From Mobula hypostoma (lineage: Eukaryota): a stretch of DNA of 64,000 nt. A program made the translations under genes and the position numbers. The stretch is from NCBI RefSeq assembly GCF_963921235.1, contig NC_086108.1, positions 6,448,001 to 6,512,000 of the forward strand, written 5' to 3'. The first letter of the stretch is position 1. Every line of letters begins with the position of its first letter. Under the pieces are notes generated by a model. It ran no database searches. It was not told where the DNA came from and worked only from the letters and a program-made list of their open reading frames with translations. This document shows, in pieces, positions 38,310-51,222 of the stretch.

Positions 38310-40128
38310 TTAGAAACACAGAAAACCTACAGCACAATACTGGCCCTTTGGCCCACAAAGTTGTGCCAAACATATCCCTACCTTAGAAATTATAAGGCTT
38401 ACCTGTAACCCTCTATTTTTCTAAGCTCCATGTACCTATCTAAAGTCTCTTAAAAGACCCTATTGTATCCGCCTCCACCATCTTTGCTGGCAGCCCATTC
38501 CACGCATTCACCACTCTCTGAGTAAAAAACTTACCCCTAACATCTGCTCTGTGCCTGCTCCCTAGCACCTTAAACCCGTGTCCTCTTGTGGTAACCATTT
38601 CAGCCCTGGGAAAAAGCCTCTGACTATCCACACGATCAATGCCTCTCATCATCTTATACACCTCTATCAGGTCACCTCTCACCCTCTGTCGCTCCAAGGA
38701 GAAAAGGCCGAGTTCACTCAACCTGTTTTCATAAGGCATGCGCCCCAATCCAGGCAACATCCTTGTATATCTCCTCTGTACCGTTCCTATGGCTTCCACA
38801 TCCTTCCTATAGTGAAGCGACCAGAACTGAGCACAGTACTCCAAGTGGGGTCTGACCAGGGTCCTATATAGCTGCAACGTTACCTCTCGGCTCCTAAATT
38901 CAATTCCACGATGGATGAAGACCAATACACCATACGCCTTCTTAACCACAGAGTCAACCTGCGCAGGTACTTTGAGCGTCCTATGGACTCAGACCCCAAG
39001 ATCCCTCTGATCCTCCACACTGCCAAGCCTTACCATTAATACTACATTCTGCCATTATATTTGACCTACCAAAATGAACCACTTCACACTTATCTGGGTT
39101 GAACTCCATCTGCCACTTCTCAGCCCAGTTTTGCATTGTATCAATGTCCTGCTGTAACATCTGACAGCTCTCCACACTATCCACAACACCTCCAACCTTT
39201 GTGTCATCAGCAAACTTACTAACCCAGCCTTCCACTTCCTCATCGAAATCATTTATAAAAATCACGAAGAGTAAGGGTCCCAGAACAGATCCCTGAGGTA
39301 CACCACTGGTCACCGGTCTCCAATGCAGAATATGACCCGTCTACAACCACTGATTGCCTTCTGTGGGCAAGCCAGTTCTGGATCCACAAAGCAAAGTCCC
39401 CTTGGATCCCATGCCCCTTTACTTTCTCAATAAGCCTTGCATGGGGTACCTTATCAAATGCCTTGCTGAAATCCATATACACTACATCTACTGCTCTTCT
39501 TTCAGCAATGTGTTTAGTCACATGCTCAAAAAATTCAATCAGGCTCGTAAGGCACGACCTGCCCTTGGCAAAGCCATGCTGACTATTCCTGATCAAATTA
39601 TACCTCTCCAAATGTTCATAAATCCTGTCTCTCAGGATCTTCTCCATCAACTTACCAACCACTGAGGTAAGACTCACTGGTCTATAATTTCCTAGGCTAT
39701 CTCTACTCCCTTTCTTGAATAAAGGAACAACATCCGCAACCCTCCAATCCTCCGGAACCTCTCCTGTCCTCATTGATGATGCAAAGATCATCACCAGAGG
39801 CTCAGCAATCTCCTCCCTCGCTTCCCACAGTAGCCTGGGGTACATCTCATCTGGTCCCAGCGACTTATCCAACTTGATGCTTTCCAAAAACTCCAGCACA
39901 TCCCCTTTCTTAATATCTACATGCTCAAGCTTTTCAGTCTGCTGCAAGTCATCACTACAATCACCAAGATCCTTTTCCATAGTGAATACTGAAGTAAAGT
40001 ATTCATTAACTACCTCTGCTATTTCCTCCAGTTCCAAACACACTTGCCCACTGTCACACTTGATAGGTCCTATTTTTTGACGTCTTATCCTCTTGCTCTT
40101 CACATACTTGTAGAATGCCTTGGGGTTC
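38310..40128 (-). mobile_element. CR1 LINE, same subfamily as 29645-32308
   Basis: ORFs 39249, 38981 and 38440. Confidence 0.95.
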
Positions 40129-40912
40129 TTACAAAATCTTAATAATTATATGATAATCGATACATTATTTCAGATAGGACAATCCATAATAAACATCTGG
40201 ATATATTACAGGATAAACAAAGAGGAACAACTCCCTCAGTAGATATAACCATTCTCAAGACACACATGCCCCTTGACCAATGGAGACCCTTACAACATGC
40301 ATTCCTTATGTCATTAGTCCGACAACCGAATTACTTTCTCTGTCAATCAGCTTCTAAATGTTGCTACTCTGTCATTCGTTGCCATGCCCTGCTGCTGATT
40401 CCTTCTCCTCATCATACGTTCTTACCCCGACCATCGTCCAGAGCCCCAAACTCTGCCCTGTGCAGACCCGCCTCTGGTTTCTGACCCTGCTCTGTTGAAC
40501 ATCCAACTAATGGTTTCCCATTCTGCTTTCAGTCTTTAGAGGACAGTGGTGTTTTCTAACAACCCTTTAGAAGCTGGGAAAATGACCCATAATGTGGAAA
40601 TGAGCCCTGAATAAGGAGGTTAGCTACCAATGTCATTCTTCCTCAGCCCAGAGATTTGAGGGGCAAAGACTATGTCAGACAGAACGTCAGTCAGCTCATC
40701 TTCTTTAGTCTGCAGAAAATTCAAGGGAAACCTCCTCACCCACAGAGTGGCAGAGATAGGATAGATTGAGCCTCATTCCCATGGTGGAAACGCCAAATAC
40801 TGGAGGGCAGAGGTTTAAGGTGAATGTTCTTGCGCAGAGTGATGGTGGTGGGAGCAGGTACGGTGACGGGGTTTGAGTCATTTAGACCGGCATGTGAACG
40901 CGCAAGGCGATG

Positions 40913-41365
40913 CAGTACAGTGCAGAAGTCTATGGCACATATACCGTATACAGCTAGGGTGCCTGAGACTTTTGCACAATACCGTAGCAATTTTATGGAT
41001 TACACTATATAGCTGCCACAAAAAAAAAACAAATTTCATGATATGTGAGTGACGATAAATCTGATTCTGATATGGGTCTGTATTGTGGATTTAGAGTCGG
41101 AAGGGCACAGGGAGAGGGGAATCATGGTTGGGAAAGGGAGAAGGGAGAGGGGAGCGAGTGGGAAGCGCGGAGAGACATTCTGTAATGATCAATAAACCAA
41201 TTGTTTGGAATCAAATGACCTTGCCTGGCGTCTCAGGGCTGGGTGTGTCTACAGATTTACAAACTCACTCTCTGCTCCACATTGACAAATGCTGTACTGT
41301 GCAAAAGTCTTAGGCACCCTAGCTATAATATATACTGTATGCCTGACTTTTGCACAGTACTGTAC
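40913..41365. mobile_element. Composite non-autonomous repeat bounded by two small Tc1-like hairpins
   Basis: Ends cagtactgtgcaaaagtcttaggcac ... gacttttgcacagtactg; related copies at about 10990-11287 and 50707-51150. Confidence 0.6.
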
Positions 41366-41629
41366 ATGCCACCATGTTCTACACTGAGATTCATTTTCTT
41401 GAAGGCATTCACAGTAGAACAAAGAAATACAATAGAATCAGTGAAAAATTACAAATGAAGACTGATAATGTGCAGAAGAGACAATCTGTGCAAATACAAA
41501 AAGAAAATAATAATAAATAATAAATAAATCTGAGAAAATGAGTTGTAAATTCCTTGAAAGTGAATCCACTAGCACAATTGTCAAAAGTCTCAACATTTTC
41601 AAAGAATGCGCCTATCTTCCCTTCCACAG

Positions 41630-41699
41630 GAAATCTGTGCCAGGCCTCAGTTTGTGGTTGATGGGACCACCAGAGCTGACATCTGCCAGGGAGCCTTGG
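41630..41699 (+). CDS. Calpain coding exon 2 ([24 protein letters not shown])
   Basis: Acceptor cttccacag, 70 nt, donor gtgaga; DICQGALG motif; not in the ORF track in this frame. Confidence 0.95.
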
Positions 41700-41869
41700 G
41701 TGAGAACCGCTGATGTGGGGTAATGTTAACGTTAGAAATATTTCCTTGTGATGGTATGCACATAGTTTGGAAATAAACATCCAGGCAAGTTATTCAAAGT
41801 TTACGCCAAATAGCAAATATAAGATGTTGAGGTGAGACATTGAAATGGAAGGTGAATTTGACTCTGAGC

Positions 41870-42465
41870 TTAAGATCATAAAACATAGCAGCAGAATTGG
41901 GCCATTCGGCCCATCTAGTCTGCTCCATCATTCCATCATGGCTGATTTATTATCCCTCTCAATCCCATTCTCTTGCCTTCTCCTTGTAACCTTTGACACC
42001 CTGACTAATCAGGGACCTACCAACCTCTACTTCAAATATATCCAATGGTTTAGCCTCCATAGCCATTTGTGGCAATGAATTCCACTGATTCGCCACCCTC
42101 TGGCTAAAGGAATTCCTCCTCATCTCCATTCTAAATGGACAACCTTCTATTTTGAGACTGTGCCCTCTGGTCCTAGACTGTCCCTCCAAAAGAAGCACCC
42201 TCTTCATATCCACTCTATCTAGGCCTTTCAATATCAATAGTTTTCAATGAGACCCACCCCCCCCCGATTCTTCTAAGTTCCTTTGAGTAAAGGCTCAGAA
42301 CCATCAAACACTCATATGACAAGTCTTTCAATCCCAGAATCATTTTCGTGAACCTCTTCTGAATCCTCTCCAATATCAACGCATCATTTCTTAAATAAGG
42401 AGCCCAAAACTACTCATGATCCTCCAAGTGAGGCCTCAGCTCTGCCTTACAAAGCCTCAGCATTA
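41870..42465 (-). mobile_element. CR1 3' fragment
   Basis: ORF 41959 SRTRGHSLKIEG...SFSQRV. Confidence 0.9.
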
Positions 42466-42845
42466 CGTCTTAATAAGATTATTAAGGGATTGGACACGCT
42501 AGAGGCAGGAAACATGTTCCCGATGTTGGGGGAGTCCAGAACCAGAGGCCACACTTTAAGAATAAGGGGTAGACCATTTAGAACAGAGTTGAGGAAAAAA
42601 ATTTTCACACAGAGGGTTGTGGTTCTGTGGAATGCTCTGCCTCAGAAGGCAGTGGAGGCCAATTCTCTGGATTCTTTCAAGAAAGAGTTAGATAGAGCTC
42701 TTAAAGATAGCGGAGTCAAGGGGTATGGGGAGAAAGCAGGAAAAGGGCACTGATTGTGTATGATCAGCCATGATCACAGTGAATGGCGGTGCTGGCTCGA
42801 AGGGCTGAATGGCCTACTCCTGCACCTATGGTCTATCGTCTGTTG
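42466..42845 (+). mobile_element. CR1 3' fragment
   Basis: ORF 42490; close to the copy at 53955-54510. Confidence 0.9.
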
Positions 42846-43884
42846 TCTTTGCTTTTATATGAAAGGAATGCTAACATTGCATTTGCCTTCCTCACCAGTG
42901 ATTACCCTCTGCTTCCTGCCACTCAACCAGTCTTGAATACTGTGAATGGCAGGTAATTCATTGCCATTGGTGGCAGTGGAGGCCAAGTCATTGGTTATGC
43001 TTGGAGCGGAGAGGGCGGGTACAGGCCGGATCGAGGTGACGGGGTCTAGCCCCCAGAGCGTATCAGAGCAACTACTTGGCCAACGATTTAGAGGCCAGGA
43101 CAGATTGAAAAGGCCAGGGTGTCAGGGCCTGAGGTGAGGGCCAGGCCGGTTCAGCTCGCTGCTCCACAACGTTTACTCAGCTCTGCGCTGAAGTAAGGGT
43201 TTGCGGATGGACTTTCTTTGTGGTCTTCAGTTCAGAACACTATTAGCTTGCATTTATAGTTTGCACAATTTGTTTTATTTCTCTCTGCGCATTAGGTGTT
43301 AGTATTTTCTTAATGGGTTCTTTTGGGTTTCTTTGTTTCACGGCTGCCTGTGAGGAGACAAATCTCAAGGTTGCGTAACGTTTGATGATAAATGTACTTT
43401 GAGATTGACAGATACTTAAATACTCAAAATTTACAGGGAGAAGGCAGGAGAATGCGTTTGTGAGGGGAAATAGATCAGCCATGATGGAATGGCAGAGCAG
43501 ACTTGATGGGCCAAACAGCCTCACTTTGCTCCTACAGCCTTATGGAGTAGTTATTCATGTGGAAATTTCTCAAAAGTTTTTCTAAAATCTATGCAGACTA
43601 ATTGGACGTTAACCCTCTAAATTCTATGGAATGTACAGAGAACAAATACAGCTTATTGGCCTTGGCAGACACCAAAGCAGGTGCCTTGATATGAAAAAAA
43701 AAATGAAGATGTTGGAAATCTGAGTTAAAAATTGACTCCTCATATTAAAGATTAGCTTCATTCAGAACACCCAGTGAAATGTGTCGTTTGCAACTGAGCA
43801 AATCTGTGAGGATTGTGCTGGGCAGCCCGCAAGTGATGTCGTTCTTCTGGCGCCAACGTAGAACGCCCACGGCTTGCTGATCGT

Positions 43885-44420
43885 AAGCAACGCACACAGA
43901 ATGCTGGAGGAACATTTTAATTCTGATTCCCATTCCCGTTCCGACATTTCAATCCACGGCCGCCTCTTGTGCCAAGATGAGGCCACCCTTAGGGTAGAGA
44001 AGCAACACCTTATATTCTGCATGGATATTGATTTCTCCTTCTGGTGAACCAATTCTCCCCTCTTCTCCCCCTCTCCCCCCCCCCCGCCACCTCCGCTTTC
44101 TTCACTTTGACCTTTCACTTCTTATCTGCCTGTTACTTCACCCTAGGTCCCTTTCTATGGTCTGCTCTCCTCTCCTATCAGATTCTTTCTTTTCCAGCCC
44201 TTGACCTTTCCCACCCACCTGGCTTCACCTCTCAGCTCCTTCCCTTCTCCCCACCTTTTTATTCTGACAACTTCTCCTTTCCTTCTCCGTCCTGAAGAGG
44301 GTCTCAGCTCGCAAAGTTGATTATTTATTCTTTTCCGCACATGGTGCCTGACTTGCTGAGTTCCTCCAGCATTTTGTGTGGTTTGCTCTGGATCTCCAGC
44401 ATCTGCTGACTTTCTCATGT
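43885..44420 (+). mobile_element. Penelope-like element 3' fragment
   Basis: EATLRVEKQHLIF-type sequence followed by a pLTR with ctgaagagggtctcagctc. Confidence 0.7.
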
Positions 44421-44649
44421 AACCAGGAGAAGAACACTTGGTCACAGTGAGAATCCAAACCCGACCAATGATCGGGTGCTGTTCACCAACGTGCTGATCG
44501 CAATGCTATCGTGCCGCCCCAGACAGTGTCTGGTGAAGGGAAGCTGAGTATTCTGATGAAGGATCTTTGATTTGAAATAACTGTGCTCCCACAGATACTG
44601 CTTGACATGCTGAGTGTTTCAAACATTCAAATTACATTATTATCAAAGA

Positions 44650-45430
44650 AGCACACAACGTCCAGCCAAGCTGGTCACTCTACCCTACATCAAGAACGTA
44701 TCAGAAATGACCAACAGATTTCTACGACCATTTGCCATCACAGTAGCACACAAACCTGCAGCCACACTACGCCAATGTTTATCAAGAATAAAAGACCCCC
44801 TACCTACAATGTAAAGAACAAACACCATATACAAAATTCCATGCGCCAACTGCCGCAATATTTATATTGGACAGACTGGTAGGAAGCTATCAACAAGGGT
44901 ACATGAACACCAACTGGTTGTAAACTGTCATGATCAACTTTCCCTATATCTATATATTGTGACAGCGAAGCACATGAATTCGACTGGACCAATGTCACTA
45001 TCCTGGGCCAAGCCCGTCAACAACAAGCCCAAGAATTCTTAGAGGCTTTGTTCTGTACACAGAATTTTATCAACAAGCACGTTTACATCCCACTTCAGTG
45101 TCAAGTCATCAGTCCAGAGCCAAGAGCCGATTCACACCTGATTACACGCGTCAATCAATGAGGATGACGTTAGTCCTGAATAACGGTCGACTGACTCAGC
45201 CTGGACATCAATTATGACCTAATCCGATTTTAATGAACCAATCGCAGATTACATAATCTGTACCCAATAGAAATGGCAAGCATACCCACACCCCCCCCCC
45301 CACACACCACAGGACACATAAAAGACAAACAATATAGATCATCAACATTTCATTGGAAGTTGCACTGATGATGTTGCCTAGCTGGGTAATGAAACATCTG
45401 CAAGCTAACAAGCTAGCTGGGTGAGCCACT
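44650..45430 (+). mobile_element. Penelope/Poseidon-type element 3' part (GIY-YIG remnant plus hammerhead motif)
   Basis: LPYIKNVSE...VAHKP...IKDP...IYKIPCANCRNIYIGQTGRKLSTRVHEH; hammerhead-like motif at 45361-45402. Confidence 0.85.
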
Positions 45431-46260
45431 CAACAACAACATTATCGAAGCATGTATTCAGTATACAACCCTGAGATTCGTCTTCTCACAGACAGCCACA
45501 AAACAAAGAAAACCATGGAACCCATTCAAAAAAAACATCAAATTCCCAACGTGCAAAAAAAAAGAACAAATTGTGCAAACGACAAAAAAGAGTGAAACAC
45601 ACAGAGTATAAAACATCAAACCACATCGAAACAGTCTGGGATTGTTCAGTTCAGCTTAAGGTGGCGCATTTTCTATTTTTGTTAAAGCTGCTGCCTTTTT
45701 GGTCGAGGTAGTTCCGAATCACATGTCTAGAGACTGAGCTGAGCGAGGTATTTAGGTCACTGCTGTGTTTCTGTGCAGTGTGTTACGACATATTTTGGAA
45801 TGAGGGTATATAGCAAGTATTAATTTCACCAGCAACCAATCTTCAGACATGAACATGGATTGTAGATTAAATCTAAAGTGCAGCCCTGAACTATAATCTT
45901 CCTGGAGCTGTCGTCTGGAGTTGATTGCAAACCAGACAATGCTGATTAACAATCATTTTTGGTGTCTGGAGTGTGGGTGTGAAGACTATATGTGATTCAA
46001 AGGAAGCATTGTAGATAACGTTGTAACTCTAGAATTGTCTTGCTGTTAACTTTGAAGTTTAACATGTAAAATGTCATGTAATATTGGGTTGCGATATAAA
46101 ATGGTGTCTCAATATCATTTCTGCTGCTCTTTTTGTTGGATAAAGCACGTCTGTATCCACTAGCTTCAGTGTTTCTCCAGTGACTTTGTACCCGTCACAG
46201 CAGTGTGTACAAAGCTCTGTACATCTTCTGATCATTAACGCAAACCCATCTTGTTGCCAG

Positions 46261-46379
46261 GCGACTGCTGGCTCCTGTCTGTCATCACTTGCCTCAGTCT
46301 CAACAAGGATGTCATGAAACAGGTGATCCCACCAAACCAGGGATTCGGGACCGGTTACTCAGGGTGTTTCCGCTTTAAG
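46261..46379 (+). CDS. Calpain coding exon 3 with catalytic Cys (DCWLLSVITCLSLNKDVMKQVIPPNQGFGTGYSGCFRFK)
   Basis: Acceptor gttgccag, 119 nt, donor gtatgt; completes QGALGDCW. Confidence 0.95.
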
Positions 46380-46739
46380 GTATGTCCTGGTCGTCCATGT
46401 CCTTTTGCTATCTGTAAGGGGTTTGTACATTCGCCCTGCAATCATGTGGGTTTCCTTCAAGTACACCAATTGGTAGGTTAATTGGTCATTATAAATTGTC
46501 CTGTGATTCGGCCAGGGTTAACTTTGGGGGATCGCTGGGTGGTGTGGCTGGAATGGTCTCAATTTTTAAAAAAAGAGAAAGAAACAGTGGCCACCAGTGA
46601 TTCGTAATTGGCTTGTTTTTGTCATGTGTACCAAGGTACAGTGAAGAGTACTTTTTACATGCCGTCCAGGGTCAGATCATACCAAATACAAGTACTTTGT
46701 CAATACAAAAGTCAAAACTATAACAGAAAGAAGAAGCAT

Positions 46740-47190
46740 ACACACACAAAATGCTGGAGGAACTCAGCAGGTCAGGCAGCATCGATGGGAATGAATAACA
46801 GTGAACATTTCGGGCTGAGACCCTCCTTCAGCACTGAGAAGGAAGGGGGGGGGGGAGACGGCAGAATAAAAAGCTGGAGAGGGGAAGGAGGATAGCTGGA
46901 AGGTGATAGGTGAAGCCAGGTGGGTGGGAAAGGTAAAGGGTGGAGGAGGAGGAATCGGATAGGAGAGAAGAGTGGAGCATAGGGGAAAAGGAAGGAGGAG
47001 GTAACCTAGGGGGACGTGATGGGCAGGTGAGAAGAGGCAAGAGGGCAGAGTGGGGAACAGAGGAGGAGGGGAAGATGGTGGGGGGAGTAACTTGGTTCAC
47101 TGGAAGGAAAAATTGATATTCATGCCATCAGGTTGGAGGCTACCCAGATGGAATATAAAGTCTTGCTCCTCCACCCTGAGGGTGGCCTCA
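46740..47190 (-). mobile_element. Penelope-like element 3' fragment
   Basis: Reverse complement of LQPDGMNI plus a purine-rich pLTR. Confidence 0.75.
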
Positions 47191-47232
47191 CCCGATAATC
47201 TATTCTGTACCTGACAATAGTTAATTTATGCA

Positions 47233-48927
47233 ACACACATAAAAGTCGCTGGTGAACCAGGCCAGGCAGCATCTCTAGGAAGAGGTACTGTTGACGTTTT
47301 GGGCCGAGACCCTTCGTCAGGACTAACTGAAAGAAGAGCTAGTAAGAGATTTGAAAGTGGGAGGGGGAGGGGGAGATCCGAAATGATAGGAGAAGACAGG
47401 AGGGGGAGGGATGGAGCCAAGAGCTGGACAGGTGATTGGCAAAAGGGATATGAGAGGATCATGGGACAGGAGGCCTAGGGACAGGGTGAGAAGAGGAATA
47501 GTCCAGATAGCTGTAAGAGTCAGTAGGCTTATATTAGACATCAGTAGATAAGCTGTCTCCAGAGATAGAGACAGAAAGGGGAGGGAGGTGTCAGAAATGG
47601 ACCAGGTAAACTTGAGGGCAGGGTGAAAGTTGGAGGCAAAGTTAATGAAGTCAACGAGCTGTCTCTTATAAAAATGCCATCCCCTTCTTTCAATTCCTCC
47701 GTCTCCGCCACATCTGCTGTCAGGATGAGGCTTTTCATTCCAGGACGAGGGAGGTGTCTTCCTTTTTTGAAGAAAGCGGCTTCCCTTTCTCTACCATCAA
47801 CTCTGCTGTCAAACGCATCTCCCCCATTTCATGCACATCTGCTCTCACTCCACCCTCCCGCCACCCCACTAGGAATAGGGTTCCCCTTGTCCTCACCTAC
47901 CACCCCACCAGCCTCCGGGTCCAACATATAATTCTCCGTAACTTCCGCCACCTCCAACGGGATCCCACCGCTAAGCACATCTTTCCCTCCCCCCTCCTCT
48001 GCTTTCCGCAGGGATCGCTCCCTACGTGACTCCCTTGCCCAGTCATTCCCCCCCATCCCTCCCCACTGATCTCCCTCCTGGCGCTTATCCTTGTAAGCGG
48101 AACAAGTGCTACACATACCCTTACACTTCCTCCCTTACTACCATTCAGGGCCCCAAACAGTCCTTCCAGGTGAGGCGACACTTCACCTGTGAGTCGGCTG
48201 GGGTGATATACTGCATCCGGTGCTCCCGATGTGGCCTTTTATATATTGGCAAGACCCGACGCAGACTGGGAGATCATTTTGCTGAACACCTACGCTCTGT
48301 CCGCCAGAGAAAGCAGGATCTCCCAGTGGCCACACATTTTAATTCCACGTCCCATTCCCATTCTGATATGTCTATCCATGGCCTCCTCTACTGTAACGAT
48401 GAAGCCACACTCAGGTTGGAGGAACAACACCTTATATTCCGTCTGGATAGCCTCCAACCTGATGGCATGAACATTGACTTCTCAAACTTCTGCTAATGCC
48501 CCACCTCCCCCTCGTACCCCATCCGTTATTTATTTTTATACACACATTCTTTCTCTCACTCTCCTCTTTCTCCCTCTGTCCCTCTCACTATACCCCTTGC
48601 CCATCCTCTGGGTTCCTCCCCCACCTTTCTTTCTCCCTGAGCCTCCTGTCCCATGATCCTCTCATATCCCTTTTGCCCATCAACTGTCCAGCTCTTGGCT
48701 CCATCCCTCCCCCTCCTGTCTTCTCCTATCATTTTGGATCTCCCCCTCCCCCTCCAACTTTCAAACTCTTACTAACTCTTCTTTCAGTTAGTCCTGACGA
48801 AGGGTCTCGGCCCGAAACGTCGACTGTACCTCTTCCTAGAGATGCTGCCTGGCCTGCTGTGTTCACCAGCAATTTTTTATGTATGTTGCTTGAAATTCCA
48901 GCATCTGCAGAATTCCTGATGCTTGCA
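47233..48927 (+). mobile_element. Penelope-like (Neptune-type) element with inverted pLTR, GIY-YIG remnant and hammerhead motif
   Basis: ORF 48026 with Cys-rich linker PCKRNKC and GVIYCIRCSRCGLLYIGKTRRRL; 47233-47480 is the reverse complement of about 48640-48890; 14-bp TSD agttaatttatgca at 47219 and 48928. Confidence 0.9.
48790..48825 (+). ncRNA. Minimal hammerhead ribozyme motif
   Basis: agtc CTGACGA a ggg tctcgg ccc GAAA cg TC gact: stem I agtc/gact, stem II ggg/ccc, palindromic acgt stem III. Confidence 0.7.
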
Positions 48928-50326
48928 AGTTAATTTATGCACTTTACTTTGTTTATTTATGCATAATTCATCTGTAAATTTTTATCCTTGCTTTCCTAAC
49001 TTGCACTACACCTTGGTTTGGAGTGGTCTCGTTTGACGATATACATGTATATAGTTAAATGACGGTAAACTTGCCTTGATTTGAAAGGGGAAGAAAGTAA
49101 ACTTTTGAAACATCAGAGAATTGAGTTGAATTGGCAGAGAAGAGGAATTGTACTGTGTTGTAATATCAACTAGACTGTCAGCCAAACTCCATTCAAAAAT
49201 AACAGAGTCTGGGTACGGCCTCCTAGCTCCTTGGTTTGTTATCCCTCTCCACACCTTGTGGCACATCAGCTGGCCATCTTGCCGTTTCCTTAACGTTTTA
49301 TCTTTTTTTATGAAGCTGGGTTGTTAGCTCGACGCTGAACCTAGCCCGGATGGAAACTGTGCAAGGAGCCGGCCGGATTTGAACCCAGATCTACTTGCCT
49401 TGGAGTCTGGGGCTGATGCCACCACACCACCTTCCGGCTACAGTGAGCAGGGAGTGAAACTGCAAAACAACAAAATACAGTGTAATCACTGCGTTGTTCC
49501 TTTCACACAGATAAATGTACACAGATAAGTAATGACTTAGCCAAGTTTTCTGCAGGTGAATATTATAAGATTCTGACAAGTAAATACTGCAGGTAAATAC
49601 TTGTGTAAGTCATTTGCATCTAGGTGAGTGCCTAAAAGAACTCAAAATTAACATTCTATTTCAGCAAAATATTATTGATACCTTCTGATTTATTTCTAAA
49701 CAATATAACATCGACTTACAAGCAATGCTTTTGTTAGGGAAATAATAGGATGGCTTTAGATAGTAACTACTTTTGCTCCTAACATAAATCTCTGGCATTT
49801 TACCAGCCAATGTGCCTTCCTACTCACTACTTCCTGACTGCACCGGAAGTGACCTAATACAGATCTGAAACTGCTCATTTCAAAATAAAAGCTGAACGTG
49901 CTTAATTATATGATTTAAAAAAAAAACAAACTTAAATCAATCGCCTGAAGGACAGAACAGGAGGTGAGGCCTGGGGCAGATCATCTGTGATCACATTGAA
50001 TTGTGGGGTTGGTTTGAGGGGCCAAGTGGTCTATTCTTGTTGCTATCTTTTCCAGGAGGTTGTGGGTTGGAGTTCCGTCCCAGACACAAAAGTTTGGCTT
50101 ATGTCTCCCCACCCCCCCCCCAACTTCCTTTCCCGTCCCTACGAAGGCTCTCAGCCCAAAACGCGAGTTGTTTATTCCCCACCATAGATGCTGCCTGACC
50201 TGCTGAGTTCCTTCAGTATTTTGTGTGTATTGATTTAGGTTAACGCTGCTGAGTTGTTTGAAGAGAAAATTGCCCTGGTTTGCTGCTGATAATCTAACGT
50301 TTGATATTGCCTTTTATTTCCACAAG

Positions 50327-50460
50327 TTCTGGCAGTATGGGCAGTGGGTCGAAGTGATAGTTGATGACCGATTGCCCACCATTGACAACAAGCTGGCATT
50401 TCTCTACTCCAGGAACAACAATGAGTTCTGGAGCCCTCTCCTGGAGAAGGCCTATGCCAA
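50327..50460 (+). CDS. Calpain coding exon 4 ([18 protein letters not shown]...[14 protein letters not shown])
   Basis: Acceptor tttccacaag, 134 nt, donor gtaagg; hallmark motifs VDDRLP and [13 protein letters not shown]. Confidence 0.97.
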
Positions 50461-50672
50461 GTAAGGACCTGCTGAGTGTTTCACCGTGACTGAGCGTCCA
50501 CAGTAACGGTCTGTGAGTAGCTTGAGTTACCAGACATAAGACCCTTAGACATAGGAGTAGATTCAGGCCAATCAACCTATTGTGTCTATTTTGCCTTCTC
50601 CCCATAACCTTAGACATCCTAATTAAGAGCCAACCAACCTGTGTGTGTCTATATTAAATAAAACACGCGCGT

Positions 50673-50673
<1 letters not shown>

Positions 50674-50705
<32 letters not shown>
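50674..50705. repeat. (CA)16 microsatellite
   Basis: Direct reading. Confidence 0.95.
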
Positions 50706-50708
<3 letters not shown>

Positions 50709-51141
50709 CGCCTAAGACTTCTGCACAGTACTATATGTGTCAACGTGGGGAAGAGAGCGAGTTTATAAATCTAGCAGGAGCAAAGGGTGTTGGGAATGGC
50801 AAGGGTGGAGCACCACGGGGGTCGGGGGGGGGTGTGGTGGTGGTGTGGGTGCAGACACACCCAGCCCTGAGGCACCAGGCAAGGTCATTTACTTGCAAAC
50901 AATTGGTTTATTGATCATTACAGAATGTCTCTCTGGTGTTTCCTGCTCCCTCCCCTCTGCCCCCTTCCCACTCTCAGTCTATAATAGAGACCCATACAGA
51001 ATCAGGTTTGTCATCACTCACATATGTATGAATTTTACTTTTTCTTTTGCAACAGCAGCACACTGCAATAATTAAAATTACTACAGTACCGTGCAAAAGT
51101 CTTGGGCACCCGAGCGCTATATATCTATCTATCTATCTGTG

Positions 51142-51222
51142 CCTAAGAACACATATATATGCCTAAGACCACATATATAGATATATATATACCTAAGACC
51201 ACATATATAGATATATATATAT
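51142..51222. repeat. Short tandem duplication, 30-bp unit cctaagaccacatatatagatatatatata
   Basis: Two full copies plus a partial copy, derived from the end of the Tc1-like hairpin. Confidence 0.85.

Noticed and set aside
51120..51222. CRISPR-like or functional repeat array
   Set aside because: Simple slippage duplication of an AT-rich unit; no unique spacers; eukaryotic context
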